DNA from: a phage | Length of the DNA stretch: 64,000 nt | Strand: one strand, 5' to 3' | Sequence record: PZ445515.1 | Shown here: one piece after another, positions 35,340 to 44,783 of the stretch | Numbering within the stretch: the stretch's first letter is position 1 | Layout: each line of letters begins with the position of its first letter | Notes under the pieces: generated by a model | The model's input: the letters and a program-made list of their open reading frames with translations, nothing else | The model's database searches: none | Told to the model about the DNA's origin: nothing | Program-made: the position numbers and the translations under genes

Positions 35340-36038
35340 ATGAGGATTATTTCTAAGTTCGCCGATGTGTATGACTTGCAGAACAGTTTGTTCGACCCAG
35401 ATCGTGTTTGGGAACGTAAAACTGAAGAGTTGCTGGTCAAAGTAACCGATGATGCAGAAAAGAACATTGTGCATACTCGCCAGGTATTTCGTGATGGTTC
35501 GCTATCTTTCCGTGGTGATTTCGAATATTTTGTAAACCCACTATTTGTTGCAGGTGAAGTTTACTGGTTACACGAGCTGTACTGCTGGCATCCAGCATTT
35601 AGCTTCAAAACGTTCAACCTCGACACTATGTTCGATAAAATGGAAGAGATGGGATTGCATGCTCGCTCTTATTTAATGGATAAGAGTCGCGGAGATGTTC
35701 GTGAAACAATGCGTGATTTGCTCGCGGAAGCAAAACCTAAAGCAGAACGTATCTTATCCGAACTGCGTGTACCGATTGCATATGTGAAAGGTATTAAAAA
35801 GAACGATAACGATGATGTTCGTAACTTCGTGATTCAGACTAACATTCGTTTCCATCAATCAGGTATTCCGTGGCAGGAAATTGAAAGTAACTTATACCGT
35901 TTACACCAAGTTCTCGAACAGTATATCTTTGGAGTACTAGGAACTGGTGAGCCTGATATGATTAAAGTATCAGATAAAGACAGGTTAGCAGCGCATGGAT
36001 TTGATACAAAAACTTCTTTCAGGAATATGGCACGGTAA
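35340..36038 (+). CDS. hypothetical protein
   Basis: 232 aa ORF. Confidence 0.6.
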   Translation: MRIISKFADVYDLQNSLFDPDRVWERKTEELLVKVTDDAEKNIVHTRQVFRDGSLSFRGDFEYFVNPLFVAGEVYWLHELYCWHPAFSFKTFNLDTMFDKMEEMGLHARSYLMDKSRGDVRETMRDLLAEAKPKAERILSELRVPIAYVKGIKKNDNDDVRNFVIQTNIRFHQSGIPWQEIESNLYRLHQVLEQYIFGVLGTGEPDMIKVSDKDRLAAHGFDTKTSFRNMAR

Positions 36039-36444
36039 GTGGTATATCCTGGGAGCAGGTCTAGCGATAGGCATCGGATTCGGTGCTTATCACTTAGTAG
36101 ATAAAGTGGAGACTTTAGCGGGAGATCTTGCAGTAGCTACTAAAAAGATCTCTTCTCTAGAGACTTCCCTTAATAAGGTGAAAGCTGAAAGTGAACTTCG
36201 TGAGACTAGAATGAATCAGTATTTCACGATGAATAATATTTCTCAAGCAGATCTAGACAAAAAGATTAAGCAGCTAGATAAAGCTCTTAGTCGTCAAGAT
36301 GTTATCGCTGCAAAACCTGGATTGGTAACATTGATTGCTAAAAAGCAGAATAAAGAGTTCGAGGAAAGATTAGCGTGTTTAACTGGAAACTTGGAGTACT
36401 GCTCGCAGCCACAATCACAATCACAGGCTGTGCAGAAGAAATAA
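35995..36444 (+). CDS. putative i-spanin-like protein (N-terminal TM plus coiled coil)
   Basis: 149 aa; single N-terminal TM helix, periplasmic coiled-coil region; next gene is an overlapping lipoprotein. Confidence 0.4.
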   Translation: MDLIQKLLSGIWHGKWYILGAGLAIGIGFGAYHLVDKVETLAGDLAVATKKISSLETSLNKVKAESELRETRMNQYFTMNNISQADLDKKIKQLDKALSRQDVIAAKPGLVTLIAKKQNKEFEERLACLTGNLEYCSQPQSQSQAVQKK

Positions 36445-36728
36445 AACCAGAGCCATCTCATGAGTTAAAGCAAGCTCATGTAGACTGGCCTAAAGGACTT
36501 CAACCTTGTAGCTTTGACTTTAAGTTTGAAAAGAAATTAGCTACAAATGGAGAAGATGGCGTAGTAGTTGTTATACCATACAAAGATTGGAATGCAAAAG
36601 CAAAATGTGAGGAAGCAGTTTACTCTTACATTTCACGACTGACTGGTATGGTCTGCTTCTATCGTCAAGATTTACAAGAAAAACGTTGCTTAGTTTACTA
36701 TCCACCAATTAACAATAGGAAAGATTAA
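36375..36728 (+). CDS. putative o-spanin-like outer-membrane lipoprotein
   Basis: 117 aa, GTG start; signal peptide with lipobox ITGC; 5' end overlaps upstream gene in another frame. Confidence 0.4.
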   Translation: MFNWKLGVLLAATITITGCAEEIKPEPSHELKQAHVDWPKGLQPCSFDFKFEKKLATNGEDGVVVVIPYKDWNAKAKCEEAVYSYISRLTGMVCFYRQDLQEKRCLVYYPPINNRKD

Positions 36729-37480
36729 TGTCAGTATTAGTCGGTTTACATGGTGAAGCTGGTTCGGGAAAAGATACCGTTGCAAAATTAATTATCGATT
36801 GGTGTAATGACACGTATCCAACGTGTTTATCTCGTCGTTATAGTTTTGCTAAGCCCGTTTATGAACTTGCATCCGTAATCCTCGGTGTAACTCCAGAGTT
36901 TCTAGGAGAGCGCAGGGGAAAAGAGATTGACCAATGGTTTACGGTCACACAATCTCAGTTGGAACGAGCCAGGGATGTGTGGTTTAAGTACGGTATCGAT
37001 AAGTTTGAAGACTTCTCGTACGTTTGGCCTATTTTTGAGGAAAAATATCTTAATCCTCAACAACTTATATCAGAGAATAAAGAAGACGGTCTTTATAGCT
37101 TATTTATTTCTCCGAGAAAAATGTTACAGCTCGTAGGGACAGAGCTAGGAAGGCAGCTGGTGCATGAACGCATTTGGCTCATAATTCTGGAGCAATCCAT
37201 CGCTAAAGACGACCCAGATGTCGCCGTAATAACAGATGTTAGATTCCCCAATGAAGGAGAGTTACTCAGAGAAACAAACCATTTAGATATGGATTCTTTG
37301 ATAGTAAATGTAGTACCCGCTGAGCAGAAGTTCACTATTAAATCAGATCATCCATCTGAAAGTGGTATTCCTGCAAAATATATTACTCACGAATTAGTTA
37401 ATAAATTCGATGGTATCAATAACCTTAAACTAGAAGTTTATAACTTCTGTGACTTAGAGCTAGAACCACTAGTTGGATAA
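36728..37480 (+). CDS. dnk: deoxynucleoside monophosphate kinase
   Basis: 250 aa; P-loop GEAGSGKDT; size and position as in T5-like phages. Confidence 0.7.
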   Translation: MSVLVGLHGEAGSGKDTVAKLIIDWCNDTYPTCLSRRYSFAKPVYELASVILGVTPEFLGERRGKEIDQWFTVTQSQLERARDVWFKYGIDKFEDFSYVWPIFEEKYLNPQQLISENKEDGLYSLFISPRKMLQLVGTELGRQLVHERIWLIILEQSIAKDDPDVAVITDVRFPNEGELLRETNHLDMDSLIVNVVPAEQKFTIKSDHPSESGIPAKYITHELVNKFDGINNLKLEVYNFCDLELEPLVG

Positions 37481-37492
37481 TCAAGGATCACT

Positions 37493-38092
37493 ATGACTAA
37501 TAAAAAAGAAGAAAAGACTAACCTGTTTCACTCCATTCGCCAATCTAATGAGTATACCTTTTTCTTTGATGAAGAATTAGGCCCGCCGGATGAATACCGT
37601 GATTTATCAATGGTACTTATGCAAGCAAATGAGGACGACGAAATTAATCTGATGATTAATGGCCCTGGTGGTTATGTTGATACTGCTGCACAGTTATCTA
37701 ACTTAATTGCTAATTGCCGTGGAACAGTTATAGGACATCTGGTTGGTCCTAGTGCTTCTGCTTACTGCACAATTTTCCTATCCTGTCATGGGTGGGTAGT
37801 ACATCCACATGCTACGCTAATGGGACACACGTTCTCTGGCGGATTCTGTGAGAAGGGTCAAGAAATCAAGAAAGCCTATGAATCTTACAACAAGTTCGTA
37901 GAAGATATGATGCTAGATGTCTACTATCCGTTTTTCTCAATAGACGAAATCGATGAGATGGTAAAAGACAACAAAAATATCTATCTAGATAGCAAAGAAA
38001 TCCATAAGCGTATTGAAATCTTGGCAAAATATCGATCTGAGCAGTATAATAAAGCCCAGTTACCTCAATCAGAGGAGCATAAAGAAGAGTAA
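37493..38092 (+). CDS. ClpP-like serine protease
   Basis: 199 aa; INGPGGYV, GPSASA (Ser) and VVHPH (His) resemble ClpP catalytic motifs. Confidence 0.6.
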   Translation: MTNKKEEKTNLFHSIRQSNEYTFFFDEELGPPDEYRDLSMVLMQANEDDEINLMINGPGGYVDTAAQLSNLIANCRGTVIGHLVGPSASAYCTIFLSCHGWVVHPHATLMGHTFSGGFCEKGQEIKKAYESYNKFVEDMMLDVYYPFFSIDEIDEMVKDNKNIYLDSKEIHKRIEILAKYRSEQYNKAQLPQSEEHKEE

Positions 38093-38100
38093 GTAGTTTT

Positions 38101-38133
38101 AAGCCAGGGTTTAACGACCCTGGCTTTTCTTTT
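38101..38133 (+). terminator. rho-independent terminator
   Basis: Hairpin aagccagggt...accctggctt followed by TTCTTTTAT. Confidence 0.7.
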
Positions 38134-38196
38134 ATCTAAAATTCTTCTTGACAACGACAAAATTTTGTGCTCCAAAGAAAATCTTTAAAAACACAT

Positions 38197-38224
38197 TGTA
38201 ATTTTCCTCCAAAATTAGTATAAT
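38197..38224 (+). promoter_or_regulatory. sigma70-type promoter upstream of lysis genes
   Basis: TTGTAA -35, 17 bp, TATAAT -10; also TTGACA at 38148. Confidence 0.4.
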
Positions 38225-38248
38225 GGTACTGGTTAGAGGAGGTTACAA

Positions 38249-38905
38249 TTGGAAAAGTTCTTACAATTATTAACGGTACTGCTCCAAGAAGCGAAAGATC
38301 CAGCATCGCTTCTTAAACGTCTGCTAACTATCTTAGTTGCTGTCATTATTTTCTTATTTGTTAGTAATACTAGCGAGGTGATGTCATTCTTAAAGACTTT
38401 CTCCACGTCTGCGGTTCTACAGGATGTTCAAACTCAAAGGATAGATAACTTTCCTAATGTAGCTAGAGAAAAGAGCATGGTACTCTTTTCTCAAACGGGT
38501 GCGGATGCTGTTTTTGTAGTCAAGTATAAACCCGATGCCATTAATGATTATTCTAACATTATTGCATGGGAAAGCAATGCGCAATTAGATAGGGCTGACT
38601 TGGCCGATAAAGCAGTAAATAAAACGTCTGAGCTATACAGACGTCACTTAGAGGGCTTTAACTACGCATCGGATTTAAGTGTAAGAGTAAATAAATATAC
38701 GGGGTTAAATATACCTGCGTTTAAGAACGTTACTTTTAATTACATATACACTTGTCCATATTTCAATCTAAACAATATCTATGCTGGATATATTGGTATT
38801 GCTTGGAAAGATAATCCTGTAGATGCAGCCGATTCTGAGAAATTTAAGGAATATTTAACAAAGCTCTGTTCCCCACAACAGAGATCTTTAGGTAGATCAA
38901 TATGA
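38249..38905 (+). CDS. holin (T4 T-type, single TM with large periplasmic domain)
   Basis: 218 aa; one N-terminal TM helix; immediately upstream of endolysin with 4-nt overlap; TTG start after GAGGAGG. Confidence 0.7.
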   Translation: MEKFLQLLTVLLQEAKDPASLLKRLLTILVAVIIFLFVSNTSEVMSFLKTFSTSAVLQDVQTQRIDNFPNVAREKSMVLFSQTGADAVFVVKYKPDAINDYSNIIAWESNAQLDRADLADKAVNKTSELYRRHLEGFNYASDLSVRVNKYTGLNIPAFKNVTFNYIYTCPYFNLNNIYAGYIGIAWKDNPVDAADSEKFKEYLTKLCSPQQRSLGRSI

Positions 38906-39315
38906 GTTTTAAATTTGGTAAAAATAGCGAAAAACAATTAGCTACCGTTAAGCCAGAGCTACAAAAAGTAGCTCGTAGAGCTTTAGAATTATCTCCATAT
39001 GATTTCACGATCGTACAGGGTATTCGTACAGTAGCACAAAGTGCCCAGAATATTGCTAATGGTACTTCATTTTTAAAAGATCCTAGTAAAAGCAAGCATA
39101 TTACTGGGGATGCCCTTGATTTTGCTCCATACATTAATGGCAAAATTGATTGGAATGATTTAGAAGCATTTTGGGCAGTTAAAAAGGCTTTTGAACAAGC
39201 GGGTAAAGAACTAGGCATTAAACTTCGTTTTGGTGCTGATTGGAATGCTTCGGGAGATTATCACGACGAAATAAAACGTGGTACCTATGATGGCGGTCAT
39301 GTCGAACTAGTTTAA
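38902..39315 (+). CDS. endolysin, L-alanyl-D-glutamate peptidase (M15 family)
   Basis: 137 aa; SKHITGDALD matches S-x-H-x-x-G-x-A-x-D zinc-binding motif; size as T5 endolysin. Confidence 0.85.
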   Translation: MSFKFGKNSEKQLATVKPELQKVARRALELSPYDFTIVQGIRTVAQSAQNIANGTSFLKDPSKSKHITGDALDFAPYINGKIDWNDLEAFWAVKKAFEQAGKELGIKLRFGADWNASGDYHDEIKRGTYDGGHVELV

Positions 39316-39326
39316 TTAATAACTGA

Positions 39327-39349
39327 GGCGGGAATATTCCCGCCTTTTT
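39327..39349 (+). terminator. rho-independent terminator
   Basis: Hairpin ggcggga-atat-tcccgcc followed by TTTTTA. Confidence 0.75.
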
Positions 39350-39392
39350 AGGCAAAGGGGGCTTTAATAATTTTTGAAGATAGGAGAAAGCC

Positions 39393-39809
39393 ATGTTTGC
39401 AGAACTATTCACTATGATGCTGCTAGGTATCTGGAAAATAAGTCTAGTAGTATTCGTTTTAATGATAGTCTTTACTATCATTGCATTAACTACCCGAAAT
39501 AGCTTATTAATAAAGGTTATTCACGGACTAGAGTATATAATTATGGGTTCATTCGGCGTTTGTAAATGCAATTGCCATAGAGATACGAAATATTGTTGGT
39601 TATGGATGGAACTAGAGAATCCTATATCCATAGCTTTGGCTGTTTCATTCGGTATGATTCTTATGGCCCTTACTCTAGCATTAATACCTTTGATGTTAGC
39701 TGGGGGAGTTACAGCGTATTTCACCCTTTTCTCCCCGATACTTATGTACTCAATTTACCCAATAACTATGTATCTAGTTAGGAAAAAATTTATACATGCA
39801 GTAGATTAA
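39393..39809 (+). CDS. hypothetical membrane protein
   Basis: 138 aa, several hydrophobic segments. Confidence 0.5.
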   Translation: MFAELFTMMLLGIWKISLVVFVLMIVFTIIALTTRNSLLIKVIHGLEYIIMGSFGVCKCNCHRDTKYCWLWMELENPISIALAVSFGMILMALTLALIPLMLAGGVTAYFTLFSPILMYSIYPITMYLVRKKFIHAVD

Positions 39810-39822
39810 GATAAAAAAGTAG

Positions 39823-39851
39823 TTGACTTTTAGCCCTAGTTATTATATAAT
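39823..39851 (+). promoter_or_regulatory. T5-type early promoter
   Basis: TTGACT -35, 17 bp, TATAAT -10. Confidence 0.6.
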
Positions 39852-39884
39852 ATATACATAAATTAGTTAAGAGAGGTATATATT

Positions 39885-40316
39885 ATGTCTGATCGTTTCT
39901 ATACTCAAATGGCGGAACATTTTCGTATACCACATTACGAGCTAAACATTGTACTCCGTGATCATGACTCTCCTGAGTACAAAAAGCTCGAAAAGAAAGC
40001 GGAAAAATCTATTGATACAAAGGTAGGTGCATCTATGTCTAAGGGCAAAAAGTTAACTCGTCTTGATCTTAATAAAATTTTAACTGAACTTTTGGGTACT
40101 GATATTGAAGGTGCTAAATTACCGCTTCTTGTACTAGAGACTATGATTAAAAAGGTCAAAAATAAAGAATATAAGAAGGTAGAAGTCCCGGAAGGCAGAT
40201 TAAAAGCTCCTTATCAGGAAGCATTAACCGAGTGTTTGGGTGTAAATCTTGATCTGAGCACCGCAACCGTAAAAACTATGAAAAACTTCTTAGAGGCCAT
40301 TAATAACTATGAGTAA
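39885..40316 (+). CDS. hypothetical protein
   Basis: 143 aa ORF. Confidence 0.55.
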   Translation: MSDRFYTQMAEHFRIPHYELNIVLRDHDSPEYKKLEKKAEKSIDTKVGASMSKGKKLTRLDLNKILTELLGTDIEGAKLPLLVLETMIKKVKNKEYKKVEVPEGRLKAPYQEALTECLGVNLDLSTATVKTMKNFLEAINNYE

Positions 40317-40599
40317 ATTAGTATACCTATTAAAAGGTTCCACTTGCAATCCTTGCAAAATGTTTGAGCCAGTATTTGATAAAGTAGTCAATGACTATAA
40401 TTTGGAAATCCATAAAGAGACTGATAATACAGAATTAATGCAGAAATTTGGTGTGCGCCAAGTTCCTGTAGTAGTTCTGGCAGATCGCTTACCTAATGGT
40501 CGAGTAGAAGCTAACCATATTTTGATTGGACGTCAGCTTCGTAAAGAAACTATGCACGAAGCTATTAAAAATTTCCTGGATGATAATCCAGAGGACTAA
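40309..40599 (+). CDS. thioredoxin/glutaredoxin-like redoxin
   Basis: 96 aa; CNPC active-site motif near N-terminus. Confidence 0.6.
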   Translation: MSKLVYLLKGSTCNPCKMFEPVFDKVVNDYNLEIHKETDNTELMQKFGVRQVPVVVLADRLPNGRVEANHILIGRQLRKETMHEAIKNFLDDNPED

Positions 40600-40605
40600 T
40601 AAACA

Positions 40606-40636
40606 AAGCCTGATCTTAGCAGATCAGGCTTTTATT
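40606..40636 (+). terminator. rho-independent terminator
   Basis: Hairpin agcctgatct-tagc-agatcaggct followed by TTTATTTT. Confidence 0.75.
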
Positions 40637-40640
40637 TTAC

Positions 40641-40668
40641 TTGCTTTTTGCTAAAATTTTGGTATAAT
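40641..40668 (+). promoter_or_regulatory. T5-type early promoter
   Basis: TTGCTT -35, 16 bp, TATAAT -10. Confidence 0.55.
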
Positions 40669-40779
40669 ACTTATATAAATTGATAAGAGAGCCATTAATA
40701 TGCTTACGCCACCTATCTTTGCAGGGATTTTAGCCATATTAATGGACATCTTTGCCACTCAAGAAATAGGAGTATTACG

Positions 40780-41157
40780 ATGAACTATGCATATCTAATT
40801 ATTAATAACAATGTAGTTTGTGGTACTCGCGCCGTTGAGATGGGTATTACAGAAGAAAAGTATAAGTCACTTCCAGAAAAGGAACAACAATATTATGTTG
40901 AAGAAGCTGCTTGGGAATATGCTGATGTTTATCCCGAACAGCGTGAAGATCGCGTTACTATTGTTGTCTCTTTGGGGCTGGTTGGCTGTGATACCGAAGT
41001 TGATACAGACCTAGAGACTTTAGAAGAGTGGGGAGAATTAGACATTTCAGCTAAAAACTCTTTAATCCGTGAGGCTTTTTGGGAAGCAGTTGACTGCCAT
41101 GTTGTCTTTGAGCCTAACGATGAGGAAGCTGAGAAGCATACTAACCACTGGAGATAA
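40780..41157 (+). CDS. hypothetical acidic protein
   Basis: 125 aa ORF. Confidence 0.5.
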   Translation: MNYAYLIINNNVVCGTRAVEMGITEEKYKSLPEKEQQYYVEEAAWEYADVYPEQREDRVTIVVSLGLVGCDTEVDTDLETLEEWGELDISAKNSLIREAFWEAVDCHVVFEPNDEEAEKHTNHWR

Positions 41158-41408
41158 TTAAATGTTAGCGGAACAAGCAAAACGTTTAGCTAGGATAAAT
41201 AGAGCTGCAATTCTTAAGAGCAGAAAGAAACCATATAAGTATGTTAAAAAGAGAATAGTTTCTTCTGTGGAGATTGGGGTTCTTTTGTACAGTTTAATCG
41301 TGATGAAATTAGTTATGAAGCTATAAAAGCCCTCTATAAAGAGGGTTATACTCTCCAACTATCTAATGAGTATGGCACAACTATTTTAACTGTTATTTGG
41401 GAATAATT

Positions 41409-42272
41409 ATGAAAAAAGAATTTAATGTACATAAAACTCTAGTAGTGCCAGATGATGCCAACTTGTTTTTCGTTGGTGATATTCATGGATGCAATGATTT
41501 GCTGGAAGATGCGTTGAAATTAGCTGGGTATAATAGCAAGAAAGATTGCTTAGTATGTGTTGGTGACTTAATTGACCGAGGCACACAAAACCTACAAGTT
41601 TTAGCCAAATTCCTGTATAATCCACATTTTATCAGTGTCCGTGGTAATCACGACCAATTTATGATTGCAGGAGATTGGGCTAATTGGATGTATAACGGTG
41701 GTATATGGGCTATGGAAGAGCTGGATGCAGACACCATTAAAAATATCGCCGAAGATATGGCTGAAAAAATGCCAGTATTCCTAACTGTTAGGCATCGTGG
41801 TAAGAAGTATGGTGTTGTTCATGGTGGTGTACCTTTTACGTACAAAGAATGTGGTAATGAAGTAGAAACCCCAGTATGGGATAATCTTATTGCACAAGTA
41901 GAAGCAGCTAAGGAAGACCCACATGACCATCCTGGATACCATATTGAACCATATTTATGGGATCGAGATGTAATCCAAGAAATAGGCTTCTACTTGTCCA
42001 AAAATGGTGAGGAACACCCGTATTTCCAGCGTTATTCAGGATTTAAAGAAAAATATATGGTAGAAGTGCCAGAAGTTAAAGGGGTAGATTTCGTGTTTCA
42101 TGGGCATACTGGAGTACCTTACCCACTTCTTTATAAAAACCGTGTTTACCTTGATACTGGCGGTGTTTTCAACGGGCAGTTGACGGTTGCGCAAGTTAAT
42201 GATGAAACGGGCAAAATCACCACATTTACTACACTCCGGGAAGATAGCTGTGGTGTACAGAGGATTCTTTAA
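41409..42272 (+). CDS. Ser/Thr protein phosphatase (calcineurin-like metallophosphatase)
   Basis: GDIHG, GDLIDRG, GNHD metallophosphatase motifs; ATG 41409. Confidence 0.75.
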   Translation: MKKEFNVHKTLVVPDDANLFFVGDIHGCNDLLEDALKLAGYNSKKDCLVCVGDLIDRGTQNLQVLAKFLYNPHFISVRGNHDQFMIAGDWANWMYNGGIWAMEELDADTIKNIAEDMAEKMPVFLTVRHRGKKYGVVHGGVPFTYKECGNEVETPVWDNLIAQVEAAKEDPHDHPGYHIEPYLWDRDVIQEIGFYLSKNGEEHPYFQRYSGFKEKYMVEVPEVKGVDFVFHGHTGVPYPLLYKNRVYLDTGGVFNGQLTVAQVNDETGKITTFTTLREDSCGVQRIL

Positions 42273-42571
42273 TGAATGATAGAATGAAAGAAGTACGAGA
42301 AGAATTACGAGCAATGCGTATTGATGCCCTTCGTTGGAGGGCATTAGTTAATGCTTTCGTCAAAGGAGATACGGGGGTAATATATTCTGGGATAGCAGTC
42401 AATTTTTGTTTTAATTCTCCTACTGAAATAGAGGTAGAAACAAGGCTTACTACCTATCTTAATGAGGTAGACCTTAAGGAAGGAGAGACTTCCGAGGAGT
42501 TTAAAACCAAAGTGTTAACCTCTTGGGTTGATAGTTTAATACAGAATAAGGAAAAGAGTAATGAAAGTTAA
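42272..42571 (+). CDS. hypothetical protein
   Basis: 99 aa ORF. Confidence 0.5.
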   Translation: MNDRMKEVREELRAMRIDALRWRALVNAFVKGDTGVIYSGIAVNFCFNSPTEIEVETRLTTYLNEVDLKEGETSEEFKTKVLTSWVDSLIQNKEKSNES

Positions 42572-43151
42572 ATTCTGGTCAGACTTGCACCTAGACCACC
42601 CTGGAGCGTTACGTTTCCGTCCGTGGTTTAAGAACATGAAAGAGCACGATGAGTATATTCTAGATACTTTGTCCAAGCATATTGGTAAACGAACAAAACT
42701 TATTTTGCTAGGAGATATTGCAGTAGGTCGTGAAGGTCTAGCTAAATTAAAGTCGGTTATCCACAATGTTCCTAATCAACTGATTATGGGTAATCATGAT
42801 GCAGAACGTCAGGGACTGAGCATTAGGGACTTGGCGGAAGTTTATGACGATATTCAGGCTCTAGGTAAACAGACTGGAGGTGGCAAAAAGTTTTGGCTAT
42901 CTCACTGCCCTTTGCACCCTAATGAACTTCGTGGCAAACTAAATATTCACGGACACGTACATACTACTTCTCTACGTGATCCACGTTATATCAATGTCTC
43001 ATTTGAAATGAGTAAAACTCCAATTCCACTAGAAGATATTGTGTCTGGTAAGTTTACTAGTTACGATAGAGTAGTTAATTGTACTACCGGCGAGGTATTA
43101 CAAATAGGGGAAGACGTAGCTGCTGTATTGCGTGGTGATATAAATGTCTGA
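42561..43151 (+). CDS. metallophosphoesterase (calcineurin-like)
   Basis: 196 aa; SDLHLD, GDIAVG, GNHD, GHVH motifs. Confidence 0.7.
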   Translation: MKVKFWSDLHLDHPGALRFRPWFKNMKEHDEYILDTLSKHIGKRTKLILLGDIAVGREGLAKLKSVIHNVPNQLIMGNHDAERQGLSIRDLAEVYDDIQALGKQTGGGKKFWLSHCPLHPNELRGKLNIHGHVHTTSLRDPRYINVSFEMSKTPIPLEDIVSGKFTSYDRVVNCTTGEVLQIGEDVAAVLRGDINV

Positions 43152-43258
43152 GTATATAGCTGAGGCTATTATTAAACGAATTATACAAGCGATAGCAATA
43201 CTTATAATCATTTGTATTGCTATTGGTACAGGATTAGGCATTTTAATTAAAAGTTTTA

Positions 43259-43288
43259 TTTGCTAAAATGCCTAAGTTTCTGTATAAT
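43259..43288 (+). promoter_or_regulatory. T5-type early promoter
   Basis: TTGCTA -35, 18 bp, TATAAT -10. Confidence 0.6.
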
Positions 43289-43318
43289 TACTTTATAAAT
43301 TGATGAGAAGGAATCAAA

Positions 43319-43750
43319 ATGAACAAAGTTGATAAAGCTCTAGTTTTCGCAGCAGCAGATAAGTTTGAACAAGTTAAGGCAACTTTCCGAACCTTGTTCC
43401 AGTCTTACGTTCAAGATAAGTCTAATCCTATCTCTGAACGTTTGATGGTCTGGGAATGCCGTGCTTGCAATGCCCTATTAATTGCGGATTATCGTAGCGA
43501 TATAGATAAAGATCTGTGCGAAATTCTTATCGCTGAGGAAGCAGAACGTTATCAGTTAATCTCTTTCCAAGATTTGGCGGAGCATATCATCCCTGATGAT
43601 CTTTGGGACAAATACTACGGTGATCCTGAAGATGAAGGAATGACTCCAGAAGCATGTATTGAGCTGATCTGCAAAGATCATCCTGAAATTGCAGAGAAAT
43701 TTGAAAAGGTTTTTGCTTCTGAGTTCTCCGGCGTTGTTAACGATTGGTAA
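43319..43750 (+). CDS. hypothetical protein
   Basis: 143 aa ORF. Confidence 0.55.
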   Translation: MNKVDKALVFAAADKFEQVKATFRTLFQSYVQDKSNPISERLMVWECRACNALLIADYRSDIDKDLCEILIAEEAERYQLISFQDLAEHIIPDDLWDKYYGDPEDEGMTPEACIELICKDHPEIAEKFEKVFASEFSGVVNDW

Positions 43751-43767
43751 GTAATTAAAAAATTCAG

Positions 43768-43796
43768 TTGCTTTAAGCCTTAAAATTCTGTATAAT
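43768..43796 (+). promoter_or_regulatory. T5-type early promoter
   Basis: TTGCTT -35, 17 bp, TATAAT -10. Confidence 0.6.
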
Positions 43797-43828
43797 AAGT
43801 TCATAAATTAATGAGAGAGGAAATTCTA

Positions 43829-44080
43829 ATGGAAAACATGACTAAAAATGAAATGGCTAACGTTCTGGCAATTCTCCTCGACATGCAGGGTTTTGAGGGT
43901 CAGCTCATGAAGATGTCTATTCCGGCAATGAAAAAGATGTATGATTCTCTGAATAAGAATGCTATGGCGTTCAACCTCGCAAAACAGGAAGCACGTTTTG
44001 CGAAAGAGCATCAGGCAACTGCCGAACGTCGTGCAGCATCTTTTGAGCGTGAAGTTAAGCAACTGAAAGGTAAGAAATAA
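43829..44080 (+). CDS. hypothetical protein
   Basis: 83 aa from ATG 43829 after GAGAGAGG. Confidence 0.5.
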   Translation: MENMTKNEMANVLAILLDMQGFEGQLMKMSIPAMKKMYDSLNKNAMAFNLAKQEARFAKEHQATAERRAASFEREVKQLKGKK

Positions 44081-44505
44081 TGACTAATGGCCAATTTTTC
44101 TATACTATAGCAGTTAACTCGCTGCTTTCTTTAGCAATATCGATTGGTGTTACCGACTATATACTTAATCAACGTGACGAAGTGAAGGAAGTTGTAATAG
44201 AGGAACATATCAGTCCAGAAATTAAAGCTAGGGCAGAAAGCAATAAGTTACTATCAAAACATAAAATAATGCTTGCAGAAGCAGACCTTGTGCTCAGGCA
44301 AATAAAACTAGATGAAGCCTTATCTAAAGATTCTGGGGTTGAAGTAGTAGATGCCTACAAAATGGAAGATTCAATTGAGGCCAAACTTCAAATTGAAGAG
44401 GGTAAGAGATTTTGTAGAGCAGTTAACGGATCTTTAGTCAAGATTAAATTCTACGAAACTGTAAGCCCCTACATTAAATGTAGTAATGGAGTAACGGACA
44501 AATGA
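44080..44505 (+). CDS. hypothetical membrane-anchored protein
   Basis: 141 aa, N-terminal TM. Confidence 0.5.
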   Translation: MTNGQFFYTIAVNSLLSLAISIGVTDYILNQRDEVKEVVIEEHISPEIKARAESNKLLSKHKIMLAEADLVLRQIKLDEALSKDSGVEVVDAYKMEDSIEAKLQIEEGKRFCRAVNGSLVKIKFYETVSPYIKCSNGVTDK

Positions 44506-44783
44506 TTATAGAAATTCTTATTGGACTGCTAGTGCTTATGACACTAGCAGCGATTGGTGGGGTTATTGGTATTGTAAGCATACGAAAAAATATGGAGAGT
44601 ATGCGTATTACTAATAGTGGACTCCACTGTCGCTTAATAGAACAAGAACAAGATATTGAGCTAACGCAAAGACGCTCAGATATTCTAAAAGAAAAACTAA
44701 ACAATATTGAAGCAATAGCTGGGAATACAAAACTACCTAATAAAGTAATGCGTGCACAGATAATTACGGAGATTAAAAAATGA
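44502..44783 (+). CDS. hypothetical membrane protein
   Basis: 93 aa, N-terminal TM. Confidence 0.5.
   Translation: MIIEILIGLLVLMTLAAIGGVIGIVSIRKNMESMRITNSGLHCRLIEQEQDIELTQRRSDILKEKLNNIEAIAGNTKLPNKVMRAQIITEIKK

Noticed and set aside
41158-41358. 66-aa minus-strand hydrophobic ORF (and a 56-aa plus-strand ORF 41162-41332 in the same interval)
   Set aside because: Could not decide which strand, if either, is coding; neither has a convincing RBS; left unannotated
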